Assembly: GCF_024521635.1 (NCBI RefSeq)
Contig: NW_026250418.1
Location: 682,001-746,000, forward strand
Length of the DNA: 64,000 nucleotides
Direction of reading: 5' to 3'
Source of the DNA: Tricharina praecox
Lineage: Eukaryota
Below the pieces are notes generated by a model. The model had not been told where the DNA came from. It ran no database searches and was given only the letters and a program-made list of their open reading frames with translations. Made by a program: the position numbers and the translations under genes. Of the stretch, positions 49,720 through 63,392 are shown piece after piece; the stretch's first letter is position 1; each line of letters opens with the position of its first letter.

Positions 49720-51600
49720 TCAAGCGGGCAGCTTTTCGTCGCGGTTGCGGTGGCGAGATGGAGTGCTGAGCCGCATCCAGACCGTAAATACTGCCGCTAC
49801 AATCGCCAGGATTGGTAGCAGTACCAACAGTATGGCGGTGGGATGGGTGCTCTGGATGGAGGTTGTCGCCATCGCCCTGGCGATGCTGACATCCCGGCCG
49901 ATGGATTCGTAGTTCGAGGCCCATCCGGGTAATCGGTGAAGCTGCGGATTGGCACTCCACCACATGTATGCACTGGCTGCTATTCATCAGCCATCGAACG
50001 AGAGGGGAAGATTGGATACTCACTCATCAACCCGGCGATACCCAGTGCGCCCCTCCAGTTCTCACGTCCGAACCAGAGCGCCGCCGACAGTGCCATCAGG
50101 ATCAACGCTGCGGCGTTCTTGTTCCACATACCGCCCATGCTTTGCAATCTAGTCTCCGCATCGTCCAGTGACTTTTCGATCTTTTCCGCGCTGAGAAGCA
50201 ACGTTGATGCCATCCCGTTGATTCGCGGTTCCAGTTTGGCAATGGTGGTAAGCAACTCTTGTTGGCGGGATTCGGCTGCTTCTTGCGTGCGTAGCATAGC
50301 TTCATGCGTGGAAAGAAGGGAGGTATAGAGTATTGACAGGGCCGAGAGGTCGTTGGCGGTTACGACAGCGTTGGTGAGCGCCACCGAGAGAGACTCTGCT
50401 GTCTCATCGAGTGATTGGACCGACTTCTCAGCTGTAGCCTTTAGAAGAGTATTGATCTGATAACTGTTGTTAGCATCTACAGTGCTTCGGCATGAGTGGT
50501 GACGAACCTCTTCAATCGTATGGACGACGTTGGACAACCCGCGGTGCTGTTCCGTAGAAGCCTGAGAGATCATCTGATCGGCGCTTTCCCATGCCTCTCG
50601 AGTCTTCTCGGACCAGAGGATACTGTCTTCATTGGCTTTCCGGAGAACCTATCCGATATCATCAATCTTCGTTCGGGGAGATGCAAAGAAGACGAAGTTA
50701 CCGTATTCAACTCCAGTATCCCATTCTTGCTTTGCACCTGCGCATCATCCACCCTCTCCATCAACTTTGAGAATGCCCCGTCTAGATTCATCGCTCCCAC
50801 ACGCAGACGATCCATGATTCTTTGCTGAAAGTCCTCCACGTCCTGCGTGACATGTCTCAAGAATCCCTTCCAGCCGCCTTCGAACTCTACCTGCTCCTCC
50901 CGCAAGCCCTGTACCTGGTTCAACGAAGTGTCCATGACTTTGAACAGCTGCTCTTGGACCTTGGTGATGTTTCTATGCAGATCCAGTAATCTGTCTTTCC
51001 TCCCAGATATCTCTGTCAGCTTATGTTCCTAGTTGATCTCCGACGACGAACATGCTCACCTTGCTCCACCTCGTGCCTCACCGCCACGCACACCATCATC
51101 GCATTCTGAATGTTATTGCTGAGTGTCGTCCACCACTGCGGCCGTTCCTCGAGACGCTTGATACACCTCTTGTGTCCGCCCTTCCCGCTCAGTCCCTTGC
51201 ACTCAGCCGGATACCGGACACCGGTCGCTTCGAACTCGCAGACGGCTAGTTGGGCCGCGTAGTGGTAGCGGAGATCAGCATCGTCGGAAGATTCGGAGAG
51301 GCTGTTGCAGTCGGATATCAAGGATGCTGTTGCAGTGCGGTGACAGGATGGCTTGGATTCAAGGGAACTTAGATACGCCAGTACCGAGGCATAGGCGGGA
51401 TTGTCGTGCGTGTTGGAGGGAAAGGAGAACCGGGCGAGGGAGTCGGCGAGGGGATCGGATTTGAAGTCGACGGGGACGATGGAGGGGGCAATGGAGCGCG
51501 AATGTTGCTTCGAGAAGCCGAAGCCGAAGCTGTGGGCTGGTGGTATCAAGGCGGCCGTGCAGAGGACCGAAAATAGGGTGGTAAATAGGAAAGAAGGCAT
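49720..51600 (-). CDS. KAR5: Nuclear membrane fusion protein Kar5/Tht1 (GEX1/Brambleberry family)
   Basis: Signal peptide, then the Cys-rich domain SCHRTA..LISDC..YAAQLAVCEF..C..CIKRLEERPQWWTTLSN..MVC, a luminal coiled coil and C-terminal TM helices. Several short introns. Confidence 0.88.
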
Positions 51601-52748
51601 TGCAAGCCGGTGTTTTGGTATCCGGCTCCAATGGCAGGATGGGGTGAGGATGTGTATGGAAGGTTGTTGTCGAGGTTGGGGTGTTGTGTTGTCGTCTGTA
51701 GGTGTCGTTGATGCCGTTGGGGTTGCGGTCATAGACCATGGCTCGCCCTCACCAATGTACTCTATAGAATGTTACGCACAGCCTGTTCACGTCACCAGCA
51801 GACTTTATATGTATGAGTAAAAGCGGTGGGTTCCCTGCTACTTTGGTTTGCACCTACGCTCATTCTGTGAAGCGATACATTTAAGCTTGACGAGCAAAGC
51901 GGTAACTAAATTTTTGGCGCCGCATCGGACTGGTCGGTACCGCCGCTCCGGGGCTTTCCCCTCGACTGGCCAGGGCGGGCAGGAAAAGGAGTTCTTTGGT
52001 TCGCCATAGTTTAGATAGGCTGCATGCGAAATAAAACAGGAAGATCTCTCTCTCTCTCTCTGTCGGTAACTAAATTTATGTCACCACAGTACTTGATACA
52101 TACAAGCAGCCGGCCCACTTCAGCTAGCCAACCGAAAAGTCACGCAGTTACTAAGACTGAACGTAGCTGGCTCGGTCCGCTGGTGGGTGAGACCGCCATC
52201 TAGACCAGGTGCGGCGATCACACCTGAGACTGGCAACCCGCCGCTCGCGGCTCGCCTAGTCATCCTAGCGAGCGGATTGTCACTAACATAAGCCACATCA
52301 AATTGTTTCCAATGTGTGGGGACTCTGGGGGCACTATGTAGATATTCGGTCTGCCCGTTTTCTCGTTGGTCTCTGAGAGTAAACGGCTCCGTTCGTGCCT
52401 CTACATATATCTACGGATTTGCAGATCACAGGACAGTAACTACCAGTCAACCTACGCTTTACTTTCTCATTGCGTGCTGTCCTTCGTCTTGTCTGCCCGA
52501 GTATCTAAATAAACGTACATAAAACTTGGGTACCTAGTCCGTACTTGCGCCAGTATATATCTGCTCGCGGAGACCGTGAGACGTCTTATTCACCGGTATC
52601 GGGAACTGATTTAAGCATGTAAGTAGCCCATGTTCTTGCAGTATTTTGAGTTGGCATCGAAACGTGCCGGTGTCACCGCCCCACACTGGTATTTCTAGAT
52701 ACGACGGGTTCCGGCAGCAGCTGGCCGAATAAGCGCCGCTAGCGTAGC

Positions 52749-52794
52749 CACTCACGTGTACAGTCACGAGTACACTCAGGTGTACAGTCACGTG
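52749..52794. promoter_or_regulatory. 12-bp tandem repeat x4 containing TCACGTG E-boxes upstream of RSC9
   Basis: CACTCACGTGTA CAGTCACGAGTA CACTCAGGTGTA CAGTCACGTG, ~420 nt upstream of the ATG. Confidence 0.45.
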
Positions 52795-53208
52795 CCCCGT
52801 ACGCCACACCGCCCATGCCCTACTTAGCACACAGGGTACCTGTGCAAGCCTCAGCGGCTCAAACAGCAACGGAGCCATCTCGAAACGGGTGAAGCGCAAG
52901 AAGTGTGAATGCGGCCCGCCGATCAACGCGCGCAACCCTCCGTCTCGAGCTCCACCGTCGAAGCCCTCGTAACGTATTCATCGCCCTCCTCCCCCGCCAA
53001 AACCCCTATCACGCTTTTTCCCCGTGATCGCGCGATCGTTGCGGTTCAATCCTCGCTCCCTCCCACCACTCCCGACCTTCCCTGAACGAGATTGAGCTGC
53101 ACTTCGAGTCGCGTCTCCTTCACCTTCACCTTCATCCCTCCCTCCTTCACACGCCGACGGTCGCGTCTCCTTCCCAAACTCCGCGCGTATCTGCACATCG
53201 CCTCGCCA

Positions 53209-56200
53209 ATGTCGACTACCTCGGACCAGCCCGACTCTGCGCTGCAAACGCCGGCAAAGAGAAAGGGTCCATGGGCGAATCGAGTCGTCACTTCAGAGGT
53301 CGAACACACTCCGGAGTACGATGCCTTTATGGAAAAATTGGCGGAATACCACAAGAACCGCGGGTATGTTTTCTCTATTCTCTTCTTGGTGTTGATGTCG
53401 CCATTGTCGCGCGCCGCTGTCGCCCGCTACTGTTCTCTTAGCTCCGGGAGTGTGATGGTAGTGCTCGTTTTGCGCTGAAACTGACGAAACGAATTCCTCT
53501 AGCACCACGCTCGTTCACGAACCCGAACTTGGTCGCAAACTTCTGGACCTCCATAAGCTCTACGCCACCGTGACAAGCCAGGGTGGTTACGATATCGTCA
53601 CCGAAAAGAAGGGTGAGTGGTCTACGGCGGCGGTTGCAATGCTCGGGGTATCGACGGTGGTTGGTGGTCTGGTCGCTGTCGTCCTCGGCGACGACGATGA
53701 GGATACTCGCGACGGACGGAGTCTGCGATGAGGGGCAGGTTTGCGGGATGTTTGTTGGATGTTTGCTAATAGTGCGATGCGTATTGGATAGGTGCCTGGA
53801 GGGACATCGCGAATACTTACAAGCCGCCGATCAATAACTCGAACGCAGGCTACTTGCTGAAGACAATCTACTATAAGTATCTCGCGTTAGTACCCCCACG
53901 CTGCTCAATAGGTTTATGCAGGGAGTGACTGACGAGCGCGCAGTGCGTACGAGATTACAAACTTTTTCCACAAAGATCCTCCTCCCAAGGAGTGGCTAGA
54001 AGATCGATCTGCTGCTGGAGGTGCCATCATGACGAGAACTGCTGCAGACTTTATGGCAGCTGCTGGAAGTCCCAAACCGGAGGCGAATGGAATTTCTCAG
54101 TCTCCGCCGCCCATGACGGAGAAGAGAAGTACGTTGCTGAGTTCGTTTGCTTTTCACATTTCTTTGTTCCTTATTTCTTTTCCGCACCGCCATGTCAAAA
54201 CCCCTACACAAGATACAACATTCTGCACCCTTCCCCTTCCTGTCACTTTTCCGACAGCCCGGATTTATCGATATCGCTATGTTTCCCCCGAACCATTCTG
54301 CGTGGATATCTGACACCAGTGATTTAGGTCTGCGCGCGCAACCCACCCCGCGACAGAGGTTCGCTCCCGACACCACCCCCCAGCGCGCGACCAATGTGAG
54401 ATCCCAATCGCATCCACAGCAACAGCAGCAGCACCCGCAGCAGCAACACACCCCGCAACAGCAGCAACAGCAGCAACATCTCCACCAGCAAAATGTCCAT
54501 CCCCAACAGGCGCACCATCATCAGCAACAGCCTCACCATCTCCAACATCACCAGCAACCTCACCACCACCAGCAGCAGCACCACTACCAGCAGCCGGTCG
54601 CCAATGGAGTTACGCATGTTTCGAATGGAGGAAATGCTTCCCTCTTTCCCGACTTCAGACCCAGCCAACTCACCCTACCCGAAATGCGCCCGGTGCTCAC
54701 GCCGAGGACTGCGCCCGAATCGTATGCTGTTCGGAGACGGAGGTTTCCCGAAGTCAACGGTGGACCCATTCCGGTTGGGCCCAGACTCGGAGGTAGGTAT
54801 CCTCCCACTCCACAGACTAATCAAGATCTAAGCGTTTTTGCTGCAGCTGGTCACTTGGGTTGCAGCTTGATGCACCGCATCACGATGAGTCTGAAGACCG
54901 AACTTGAGTCCGATGTCGAACATTCGATGAAGTCGCTGGTCCGCGTCTCCTTCGAAGCTGGGGATGAATTCCTCGCGGTGCACTGGCCGTCCCTGTGCGA
55001 TCTCTTATTCGATATCATCAGGGAAGAGCTGCAGTACGTCAAGGACAACGTCACGGATGATAGGGTGGACGATGCCGTGTTCCTCAAACGGCTGGAGAGA
55101 CTCAACGACGCATGCCTTGTGGTCCGGAACATGACCTTGCAGGTAGACAACGCCCGACGGTTCGCCACGGTGAATACTCCGAAGGATATCTTGGTAGAGG
55201 GCTTGACTCTGCCGAGCCATGCCAGTCTGGCCGAGGTCAAGAGCTACTTCCTGGATATGGCCGAAGTCATGGCGGGATTCTTGCCCTTTTCCGCCAACGA
55301 CCCGCTGCTCGAGGTGCTCACGCATGGCCTTGAGTCATCCGACCGTGGTACTATGCTGGGCGCGATGCGGGCGATGTGCCGCTTCATCATGAGCCGTGAT
55401 GACTACAACAATAGAATGGCAGATATACCGACGATGTCCATCCACCGTATCACCAGCATTCTCATGCTCGAGGATGAGGAGCTTGTGTCGGCTTGTCTCG
55501 ACTTCCTTTACCAGTACACGCTGCACGAAGACAATATCAAAGCGCTCCTAGATCTTCCGGAAGGATACGAACTGGTCAGGCATCTCGTGCGCCTACTTCT
55601 CTTCCAAGGAATCACAGGCGAACAGTTGGTCTATATCAAGATGGTCAAGAAGGGCCAGCCGCCATCTTATGATATTCCCCACCTACCAGATGCGATTGTT
55701 AGGGAGCTACTAGCCTTTGCCGAACCTGAGCGTGCTACCCAGTGGTAATACAACTTCTCCCTTTCTGTCTCCCATAACTAATCAGAGTCCAGGATGCGTT
55801 GCTGTTTCGAAGAAGATCCTGAGGCGGACATTACACAGATAGCACTGTGGCAGGCTTACCAGTCACGTTTCAACGAATACGTGTCTGCCGGATACCCTTT
55901 GCTGCCCGCCGCAGAGTTCATCAAGAATGTATCCGTTGCATTCCAGACAGCATCGGCCATGGTTCTTCCTACTGCGCAGGGACAGAGGTTCATCATCAAG
56001 GGCATCCGCGCCAGAGAAACGCCGATGAGCACCAAGGGTCTCGTCCACCTCGCCTGCAAATGGTTTAGCACGCCAGGCAACGCTGTCAGCAGGTGCACCG
56101 CTCAACTCCCCACCTTGCGTGACCTCTGGGCGCACATCCTTGCAGCGCATCTCCCGCCAGCCACCGAGGACAATGCTGCTCCCATATACTCCTGTAAATG

Positions 56201-56573
56201 GGCAGGATGCTCTCGCTTCGGCCCACACGGAGAGTTAGACCGCCGCAAGGTCGTCGCTCACATCCGCACGCACATGCCTGACGACAAGAAGCGTCCTGTC
56301 GCCAGCAAGGAAGAGATCGAAATGATGGAGGACCCGGACGCGCGCGTCATCATCCGCCGCTGCCAGACCGTCATCGATGAGAGGGGAGAGCCCTGTGGTA
56401 TCCCTCTCACCAGTGTCCTGGTTCTCAGGAACATTCGCAAGCGCGGCGGCTTCAAGGCAAAGCTCCTAATTGACGGATGGAAGAATGAGCTTGCTGAGGT
56501 CATGGCGGTGAATAAGCCTCTGGCTATCTTTGTCGGGGACCTGGTCGTTGGCGGCTTGGGCGGCCCTGAGTAG
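53209..56573 (+). CDS. RSC9: RSC chromatin-remodelling subunit Rsc9 (ARID, armadillo-like, RFX-like winged helix, C2H2-like)
   Basis: ARID spread over short exons (FMEKLAEYHKNRG|..LDLHKLYATV..GGYD..AW..LKTIYYKYLAAYE), PPPKEWLEDRSAAGG, CLDFLYQYT, EPERATQW|MRCCFEED..ITQIALWQAYQ, and FIIKGIR. Q/H-rich insert at ~54410-54595. Confidence 0.92.
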
Positions 56574-57031
56574 AGTTGACTTGCTACACCAGCGGATCCA
56601 CTTCCTTCTTACTTGCTTGCTTAGAGGGACAATCCTAATAGTAGCCGTTAATTTGCTCTTTTTTTTCTTTCGTTTTTCTCATGTTGCTGCAATGAACGTT
56701 TTTCATCGCATTTCTTGTGTTTCTTGTGGAGTTGCGGATTTCTCTTTTACTTTCATACTTCTTTCCTTTTTTTTTTCCTTTTTCCTTTTTCCTTTCATAT
56801 GCTTGCTTCAAAAGTGATGTGCCCGTTTGCTTTCACACCTGCGCGTCTTACATTACATTCTCACGACAAGGTTCTACGGTATCCTGTTCTCTCTCTCTGT
56901 TCTTTGTGTTGTGGATAGATTTACTACTGTACTTTACTCTACTAAACTATTGGCTCGGGCTCGAAATGACGATGACGATGGGGGATTCTGGTCAAGTCTA
57001 GTAGGTAGTCAATCGCTGGAAACAATTCACC

Positions 57032-57060
57032 AAAGGAAAGGAAAGGAAAGGAAAGGAAAG
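57032..57060. repeat. (AAAGG)n pentanucleotide microsatellite
   Basis: About 6 copies between two convergent 3' ends. Confidence 0.85.
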
Positions 57061-57287
57061 CCCCGTCGTAACCATAATCCATCCATCCAGTTCGGTAAGT
57101 AAGAAGTAACTAATATACAAATGCCACGCACGAAGCAAAACAAACAAAACAAACCATTCCGAGCTTAAAAGAAAGAAGAAAAAAGATACAACGCAAGCCC
57201 CACGCAACAAACAAACAGAAAAACCCTTATTAAAAGATAAAACAAAACAAAAAAGCAGGAAACACCCAGGCAGACAGAACAGAAACA

Positions 57288-58520
57288 TTACTCGTGACTT
57301 ACGATGGTGCCCTCGCGCCTCCACATGCGCTCCAGCACCATCTCGGCTTCCGGCACGGCCCCACTAACGCCCAGGTCGTCTCTACTCCCGCTCTCGCCCT
57401 GGCCGCGCATCAATTTCCTCCCACTGCCCTCCTGCAGGCTCCTACTGAGGCCCAGGGTGACGCCCTCCTGCTGCAGCGGCTTATTGGGGCCTGGCACGCC
57501 GCGGCGGGGCACGCGCTCAATCGCCTCGAGCAGCGGGTTCTTGAAGCGCCGCACATTCATGTACTCCCGCGCGACACGGTCGAACTCCTTTTCGAGGGCG
57601 GCGGGGAGCGCGATGTGGTGGCTATGATAGTGGTGGTTTGCGGCGGTGGGGGTAGCGGGCGGGCTTGCGACGCTCGCGCGCTGCAGCCACAGCTTCTGCT
57701 GCGTGCGGCTCGCCGGCGCGATCGAGTATGCGCTGTCGCTGCGGCGGAGCGGGTGTGCGGATGCGGCGCTCGACGGGGACGCAGTGAAGCGCGAGGTTAG
57801 CGGCGGGGTCGGCGGGCGCTCGCCGCCGCCGCCGTGAGAGATGATGGCCGTGGAGTCGTTGGGCGGCGGGGACGGCGGGAGCTCGATCTCTACGTCGACT
57901 GGAAGGGGCGGGGGCGGGGGCGGCGGTGGTGGTGTGAGCTTCGTGGTCTTCTTGCGGTCGCCGCTTTTGGAGCGCTGGCGCTCGTGCAGAGTTGTGCCCT
58001 TGCGCGCGGCGCCCACCGCGCGGTGCCGCCGCGCCTCGCGGTCCAGGCTGCGGGTGCTGGAGGATTTGGTCAGTGCGGCGGTTGACGGGTTACGCTGTAG
58101 CGCGGTACGTGAGTCCGTCCGCTGCATCTTGCCGTGGCCGCCGGAGGAATCGGTCCGTGTGATCGGTGGTGCCTCCCCGCCACCGCCCCCCCTTCCGCCG
58201 TCTCCCTCTGCCGCCTCGAAGTCCTCATCGCCGCCCCCGTTCTCGCTGCCCACGGAGCCGAGCTCGAAGGCGGTCTTCTTCCGGCTCTTCTCCCCTTTCT
58301 CCCCTCCCCGCTCGCCCCGCTCGCCCTTCTCTGTAGTTGTCGTGGTAGTGGTAGTGTTAGTAGTGGTGGCGGTGGCGCCGCCGCCGAGTTTGTTGAGCCC
58401 GCGGCCGAAACTGGGGACTCGCGGGTTGCCATGGTGGTGTCGGGACACGACGAATTGCTTGTGGTGCGCGTGAGGTTTTCGCTCAGAGTGGGGAGCTGCT
58501 GCGGCGGCTGCTTCAGACAT
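57288..58520 (-). CDS. TORC1 subunit Tco89-like protein
   Basis: Disordered 410-aa ORF containing SRTQQKLWLQR followed by EFDRVAREYMNVRRFKNP, the conserved C-terminal block as I recall it from fungal Tco89 proteins. Confidence 0.7.
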   Translation of the reverse strand: MSEAAAAAAPHSERKPHAHHKQFVVSRHHHGNPRVPSFGRGLNKLGGGATATTTNTTTTTTTTEKGERGERGGEKGEKSRKKTAFELGSVGSENGGGDEDFEAAEGDGGRGGGGGEAPPITRTDSSGGHGKMQRTDSRTALQRNPSTAALTKSSSTRSLDREARRHRAVGAARKGTTLHERQRSKSGDRKKTTKLTPPPPPPPPPLPVDVEIELPPSPPPNDSTAIISHGGGGERPPTPPLTSRFTASPSSAASAHPLRRSDSAYSIAPASRTQQKLWLQRASVASPPATPTAANHHYHSHHIALPAALEKEFDRVAREYMNVRRFKNPLLEAIERVPRRGVPGPNKPLQQEGVTLGLSRSLQEGSGRKLMRGQGESGSRDDLGVSGAVPEAEMVLERMWRREGTIVSHE

Positions 58521-59147
58521 GTCGTGATTGTTTCCTCCGTAGTTCGTGGTATGCGGTTGTGGTGGTGGTGGTGGTGGTGGTTGTGGTGGTAGTGGTGATG
58601 GGCGTGGCGGATGGGGTTGTGTGGTTGGGGGAGAGTGTGTGGAGAGGTACGTGTGTGGTGGTGGAGAAGTCTGTTGCGATTGGATCGGACTGAGTTAGGC
58701 AGCTGGGTTTGCGCTTGCGCTGTTGCGTGAGGCGTGAAAGCATGTACCCCGTACCCGTACCCGTGGCGCGGACGTGTAGGCGACACTAGGGGGTTAAGTA
58801 CTTGCAGGCGGCAGAGGACGAGGGAGAGAAGACAGGAGAGGCGCGGATGAAAGGGGAGGGGATGGGATTGAATCAACTTAAAGGAGTTGACAAAGTGGCA
58901 GCTGTTGGGTTCGCAAGGACAACTACATTCAGAAGCTACTTCGGTACATTCATATTACTAGACTTTGTGTTTGTACTGAAGTCTACACACTCCGCACTGC
59001 TCGGAGCACCGATGTGCAATCACTCGCTACTGCAGCCTAAACGGTGCAACCACCACCACAGCAAAAACCAGACAGGACCGAAAAACGACAAACCAATAAG
59101 GCTGTATCAACACAAAAGGACACCTCCTATTATACACCCATTCCTTC

Positions 59148-62100
59148 TTACGCAGACGTTGTAGGCACCAACGCAGACGATGTAGTCACCAACGTAGACA
59201 TCGTAGTGACCACCGCTGTCGTTGTAGTCACCAACACTGGCGGCTTGAACCCACTCCTGAGACCCTCCTGGTATATGCTATCAAACACCTCCTCAAGCAC
59301 ACCGGCATCCACATACTCCTGGTACTTCCGGTACAACCGTAGGGCGGTCCTAGAGTCCTCGATTGAGTCGTGCGTTTCCGTCTGGATGTGGTCGCTCAAC
59401 ACCACCCAGGCAAGGAAGCGGAGAGAGAGCTTGCGCTGTGAGTTGCGGAGGGCGTAGAGATCGACTGTGTCTATCACCTGGTCGCGCGGAACGTGGATGT
59501 CTAGGATAATTAGTAGGTGCGGGGATGAGTAGGGGTGAGGAGGGAGGTACTGATTATTCGGAAATCTTGGAGTAATCCGTGTCCGACGAATGTGCACCCG
59601 AGGTTCAGAAGGATCCACATGCGCTTGTAAGCAACCTTGAGACTGACCAGCGCCCGTCTACTTGAGAGAGGATCCAGATCTCCTGGATGAATCCCCGAGT
59701 ACTCCGTGAGGAAGTCCACAACCGGCTCGCGTGTGGCAATGTAGTCGTCGATGAAAGGGACACTTTCTTGTTCCCCGTGGCCTCTAAGTACCGACACTCT
59801 GGCAAGTCCTAGACGACTAGGACGCACTATTACCTTCATACCGTCGGCCTTCACCTCGTTCTCTTCTTTTTGGAGCGAGACGAACTCGGCGTCCAGGGCG
59901 ACGAGTGTGCCCTTTGTAGGGACTTCCTCAGGCCTGAGGAGCACGGTTTGCTCTTCCCGCCGGGGCATGCCGAGGTAGTTGAAGTCCTCGAAGAGAAGAC
60001 GAGTATCGATCCGATCTTTCCACGAGTTGTCGATGATGCTGCGGTCCGACTTCAGCTGGAAGCAGAGGACAGACGGCATCTTCCACTTCGGCGTGAAATC
60101 CATTGCTTCCTCTTTTGTGACTGGCCGGACCAGGAAGTCGTTGAACACATGCCAGTTACATTCGTCCCCTGTCCGTCCTTCCTTCGACACTTCAACTGTT
60201 TGCATGTGAGCTCTAGCTTAACTGCTAGTCAGACGGAGGAAACCCACCATTGATGAAGGACACCATATGTTTCCTTCTCTCATCCTCTTCCTTGACTTCT
60301 GCCACAAAGCCCACAAGTTCGTAAATCTTGAGGTCCGCCTGTTCGCTAGTCCTCTTAGCGACTCTCTTCAGATCCTCACCCTGCCAAACATTGAGCAGCT
60401 TGTTGTTAAGCGTCAGTCCAATCTCGTCTGGTAGCCATCCGGGCGTTGACCAGTAGTCTTTGGCAACACCCAATCCTTTATCTGACGTCGTCGCGTTGAA
60501 GGTGAGGATGTCGGGAAGCTTGGTGATAGACTTCCGCGTGTGCTGGTTCTGGTATCTCTTGCATCTGTCGCACCAGCCCTTGTGGGTGTTTTCCACCTGA
60601 ATGCTCTGTCGTACTGTCTGCGCGAATGAGGGCAGTGTCTTGTTTCCCAGGGGCGGCTACTGATGTCAGTTCCGGAATCCCGAGGGAGTAACAGTACCGG
60701 CGGAGTAAATACCTTAGGTGTGTATATGAGATCCGTTGTGACGGTGTCCCCCATAGTCCTGCTCTCCTTATGACAGATCATACACGACTGTCTCTTCGTC
60801 GCTTTGATCATCAGGACTTGGGAAAGATCTACGTCCTCCGGATTCTGCCACTGCAACATCTGGGTCGCCTTCTGCCTCTCGAAGATCGCCTGGTCCAGGA
60901 GGAACCTGTTCAGACTCGGCATCATCATAGTCAACGATCCCGAACTAGACGAATCTTCCTCCAAGACTCCGTGTCGGGCTGCGTTAGGCGACGAGCTCAG
61001 CGTTTTAAGGAAGTTGGTGGCCTGGCAGTTCAGTCCGTTCGCTTTCTCGAGCATGTCGAAAAGGTAGCCCATCTGGCAAAGCAGACAGTCTTCCACCGTA
61101 CACCCAGTCGCTGCGTGGAATAGGGCTACGTTACGCAATCGCGGAGTGTACTTGTACATCTGCAGTAGCGGATTCATGTAAGAGTTGGGAATGTTGGTCT
61201 CCAACCCGGAGAATTTCGTCTCGTTGTAGAACCTGCGTCCAATTAGCTTTCCCCAATAGCTCGTATGAGTGAACAGACAACTCACGCAAAGTCGAAGTCC
61301 TCAATACCGAATCTACTATACTTGATCTCGAGCTTCTTGTACATGGGCGGGACCTCGAATTGCCTCTTCGAATCGTCACCATACATCATCTTGCTTTCGG
61401 CACTTGCATCGGAGCCTCTCGCGTTCCTATTGCGAGCCTGCTGACTTAGAAACTTGGGTGCCGGTACGATTCCCGTGTTTTCAGCTCCTCTGGTTCTCTC
61501 GACGTAGTTCCGTGGATGTCTCTTGTGGAATGGCGCATATCCAGAGACTGATGTTGCCGCCAGAGTGTCCGGGTCAATGCGCTGTTGAGGCTGCTTAGGC
61601 ACTTCGAATATCATGTGCGGATCCCAGTTCGACAGCAGTGGCTCGTTGAAATACGGCATACCGATCATGTTCAATGGTCTCTACCAGTCTTAGCAGTCAT
61701 ATCGTCACGGGAACAGAATACCCACGTGTTTTCACCAATCGGGACCACCGTTCGAGTTGGTGGATCTGGCCATTCGACCGGGTTTCCGAACTCTGTGAAG
61801 TTCCTCTTTCCCATCGAGCTCCACATCTGCACGATTCCCTCGGCATCCATTATCGACAAGACGTCACCGCTCGGCGAGAGGTCCATAGCTGTCACGAAGG
61901 TGTTGACACTAGCATTATAGATCTTCATAGCACTCGGATTCATCACATCCACCACTTGAAACTGCCCACTGCTCGAGCCGATGATAGCGGCGGCAGTCAT
62001 CTTTGGGTGCATTCGGATGAAAGAGGCGGCCGGGAACGAGACCGGTGGCAGGGCCTTTTGCATTCGGAGATCGAAAAGCTTGACGAGAGGATCGACGATA

Positions 62101-63084
62101 AAATTTCCGTGTCTAATACCAGCCCACACACATCAGCATCCGCCACCACCACCACCACCACCACCACCATCATCCCCATAGATAATCACCTCAAATTATA
62201 GCCGCATGTAATGAGAACATTATCGTGTGTATCCATATCCAATATTGTTCCGTTATGGACGTGATCGAACTGCTTGACGACTTTGAACGAGTTCATATCC
62301 AGCAAGCGGATATGGCCTTTCGACGAACCGGTGATGATGTGCCTCGAGCTTCGCTTCATGACTTTCACGTCCTCGTCCGACGATATCTACACAGCCAGTC
62401 AGCATCTACACACACTCACACCCGTCCATCGCGCACACACACACACACACCTCCGTTCCCACAGTCCCTCTCTCCAGATTAATCGTATACATCTGGAGCT
62501 GACCGCCTCCAACCAAGATCTCGGACGTCCCCCGACTCGTAAACGCCATGCTCGTCAAATTCATAAACCTTTCATCTCTTGCGCGCACAATCACCATCAG
62601 CAACCGTGCACCCGTAGCCCTCCAGGAAAGAAAGACTGACTGTAGATGCCACGACGCCGGGCCACCACGCGTCGACATATGCAGACTCTTCGCCGCGAGC
62701 GATACGACACCGCGGTCGGCGAATAGTAGCTGTCTGACGGGGCGCTCGGCGGGAATCAAAGAGTTGTGACCGCGATAGCTCGTGTATCGTCGCAGCTCGA
62801 CACCATTGAACGACGAGACATAGCCCTGCTCTACTCAGCACTCCACATCCCGCAGATACTCCCCCATGTCCTAGTGTACCTGATCGGTCCCCAACCAAAG
62901 TAACTCCGCGTTCGTGTCGAAGGCAAGTGCCGTCGCCTGGAGGGGCACTTGCCCGAGCTGTTGGAGCGGGGCAGCCCGGTGAATCTATATACGCGCACAC
63001 ACACATCAGGACACGGTTAGGAATCGCAAGCAAGCTCAAGGGAGGGGATAGGAAGGTACGAACCTCCTGCCAGTCGGTTTCCAT
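59148..63084 (-). CDS. PAN2: PAN2-PAN3 deadenylase catalytic subunit Pan2 (WD40, inactive UCH, DEDD exonuclease)
   Basis: METDWQE start, WD40 exons, YSRFGIEDFDF|..YNETKFSGLETNIPNSYMNPLLQ, VALDAEFV, FIDDYI..DFLTEYSGI, VGHGL..DF and HDSIEDSRTAL. Many short introns. Confidence 0.96.
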
Positions 63085-63392
63085 CAAGCTATGACCGAGT
63101 CGAGTCCATGGAGGTCTTGACGGTGAATGAGAAGCTTTTGTGAAACACCAGAGATGCGGCTCGGTTGGATAAGCTACGCTAGCCGTGTGGGGGATGATGT
63201 CACGTGGAGGGAGCGGATCGGATCCCGAGAGGTTAAATTAAAGTGGAAGAGTCCAATGGACCAATTTCATGGAGATATCTGGGTATAAGACGAAGGCCAG
63301 GATAACAGAGTCAACAGTACAAAAGAATCCAACTATTTCCGAAAACGCCGCAATACAAAATACAAAGTGTTATGCTGTAGTTACTCATGCTC

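Noticed and set aside
13581..51600. Sexual-cycle gene cluster (coiled-coil candidate, REC114-like, KAR5)
   Set aside because: The genes are 10-20 kb apart among housekeeping genes. There is no MAT HMG/alpha-box gene or APN2/SLA2, so chance proximity is sufficient.
12042..58520. TORC1-pathway linkage (Ego1-like and Tco89-like)
   Set aside because: They are 45 kb apart with unrelated genes between and no evidence of co-regulation.
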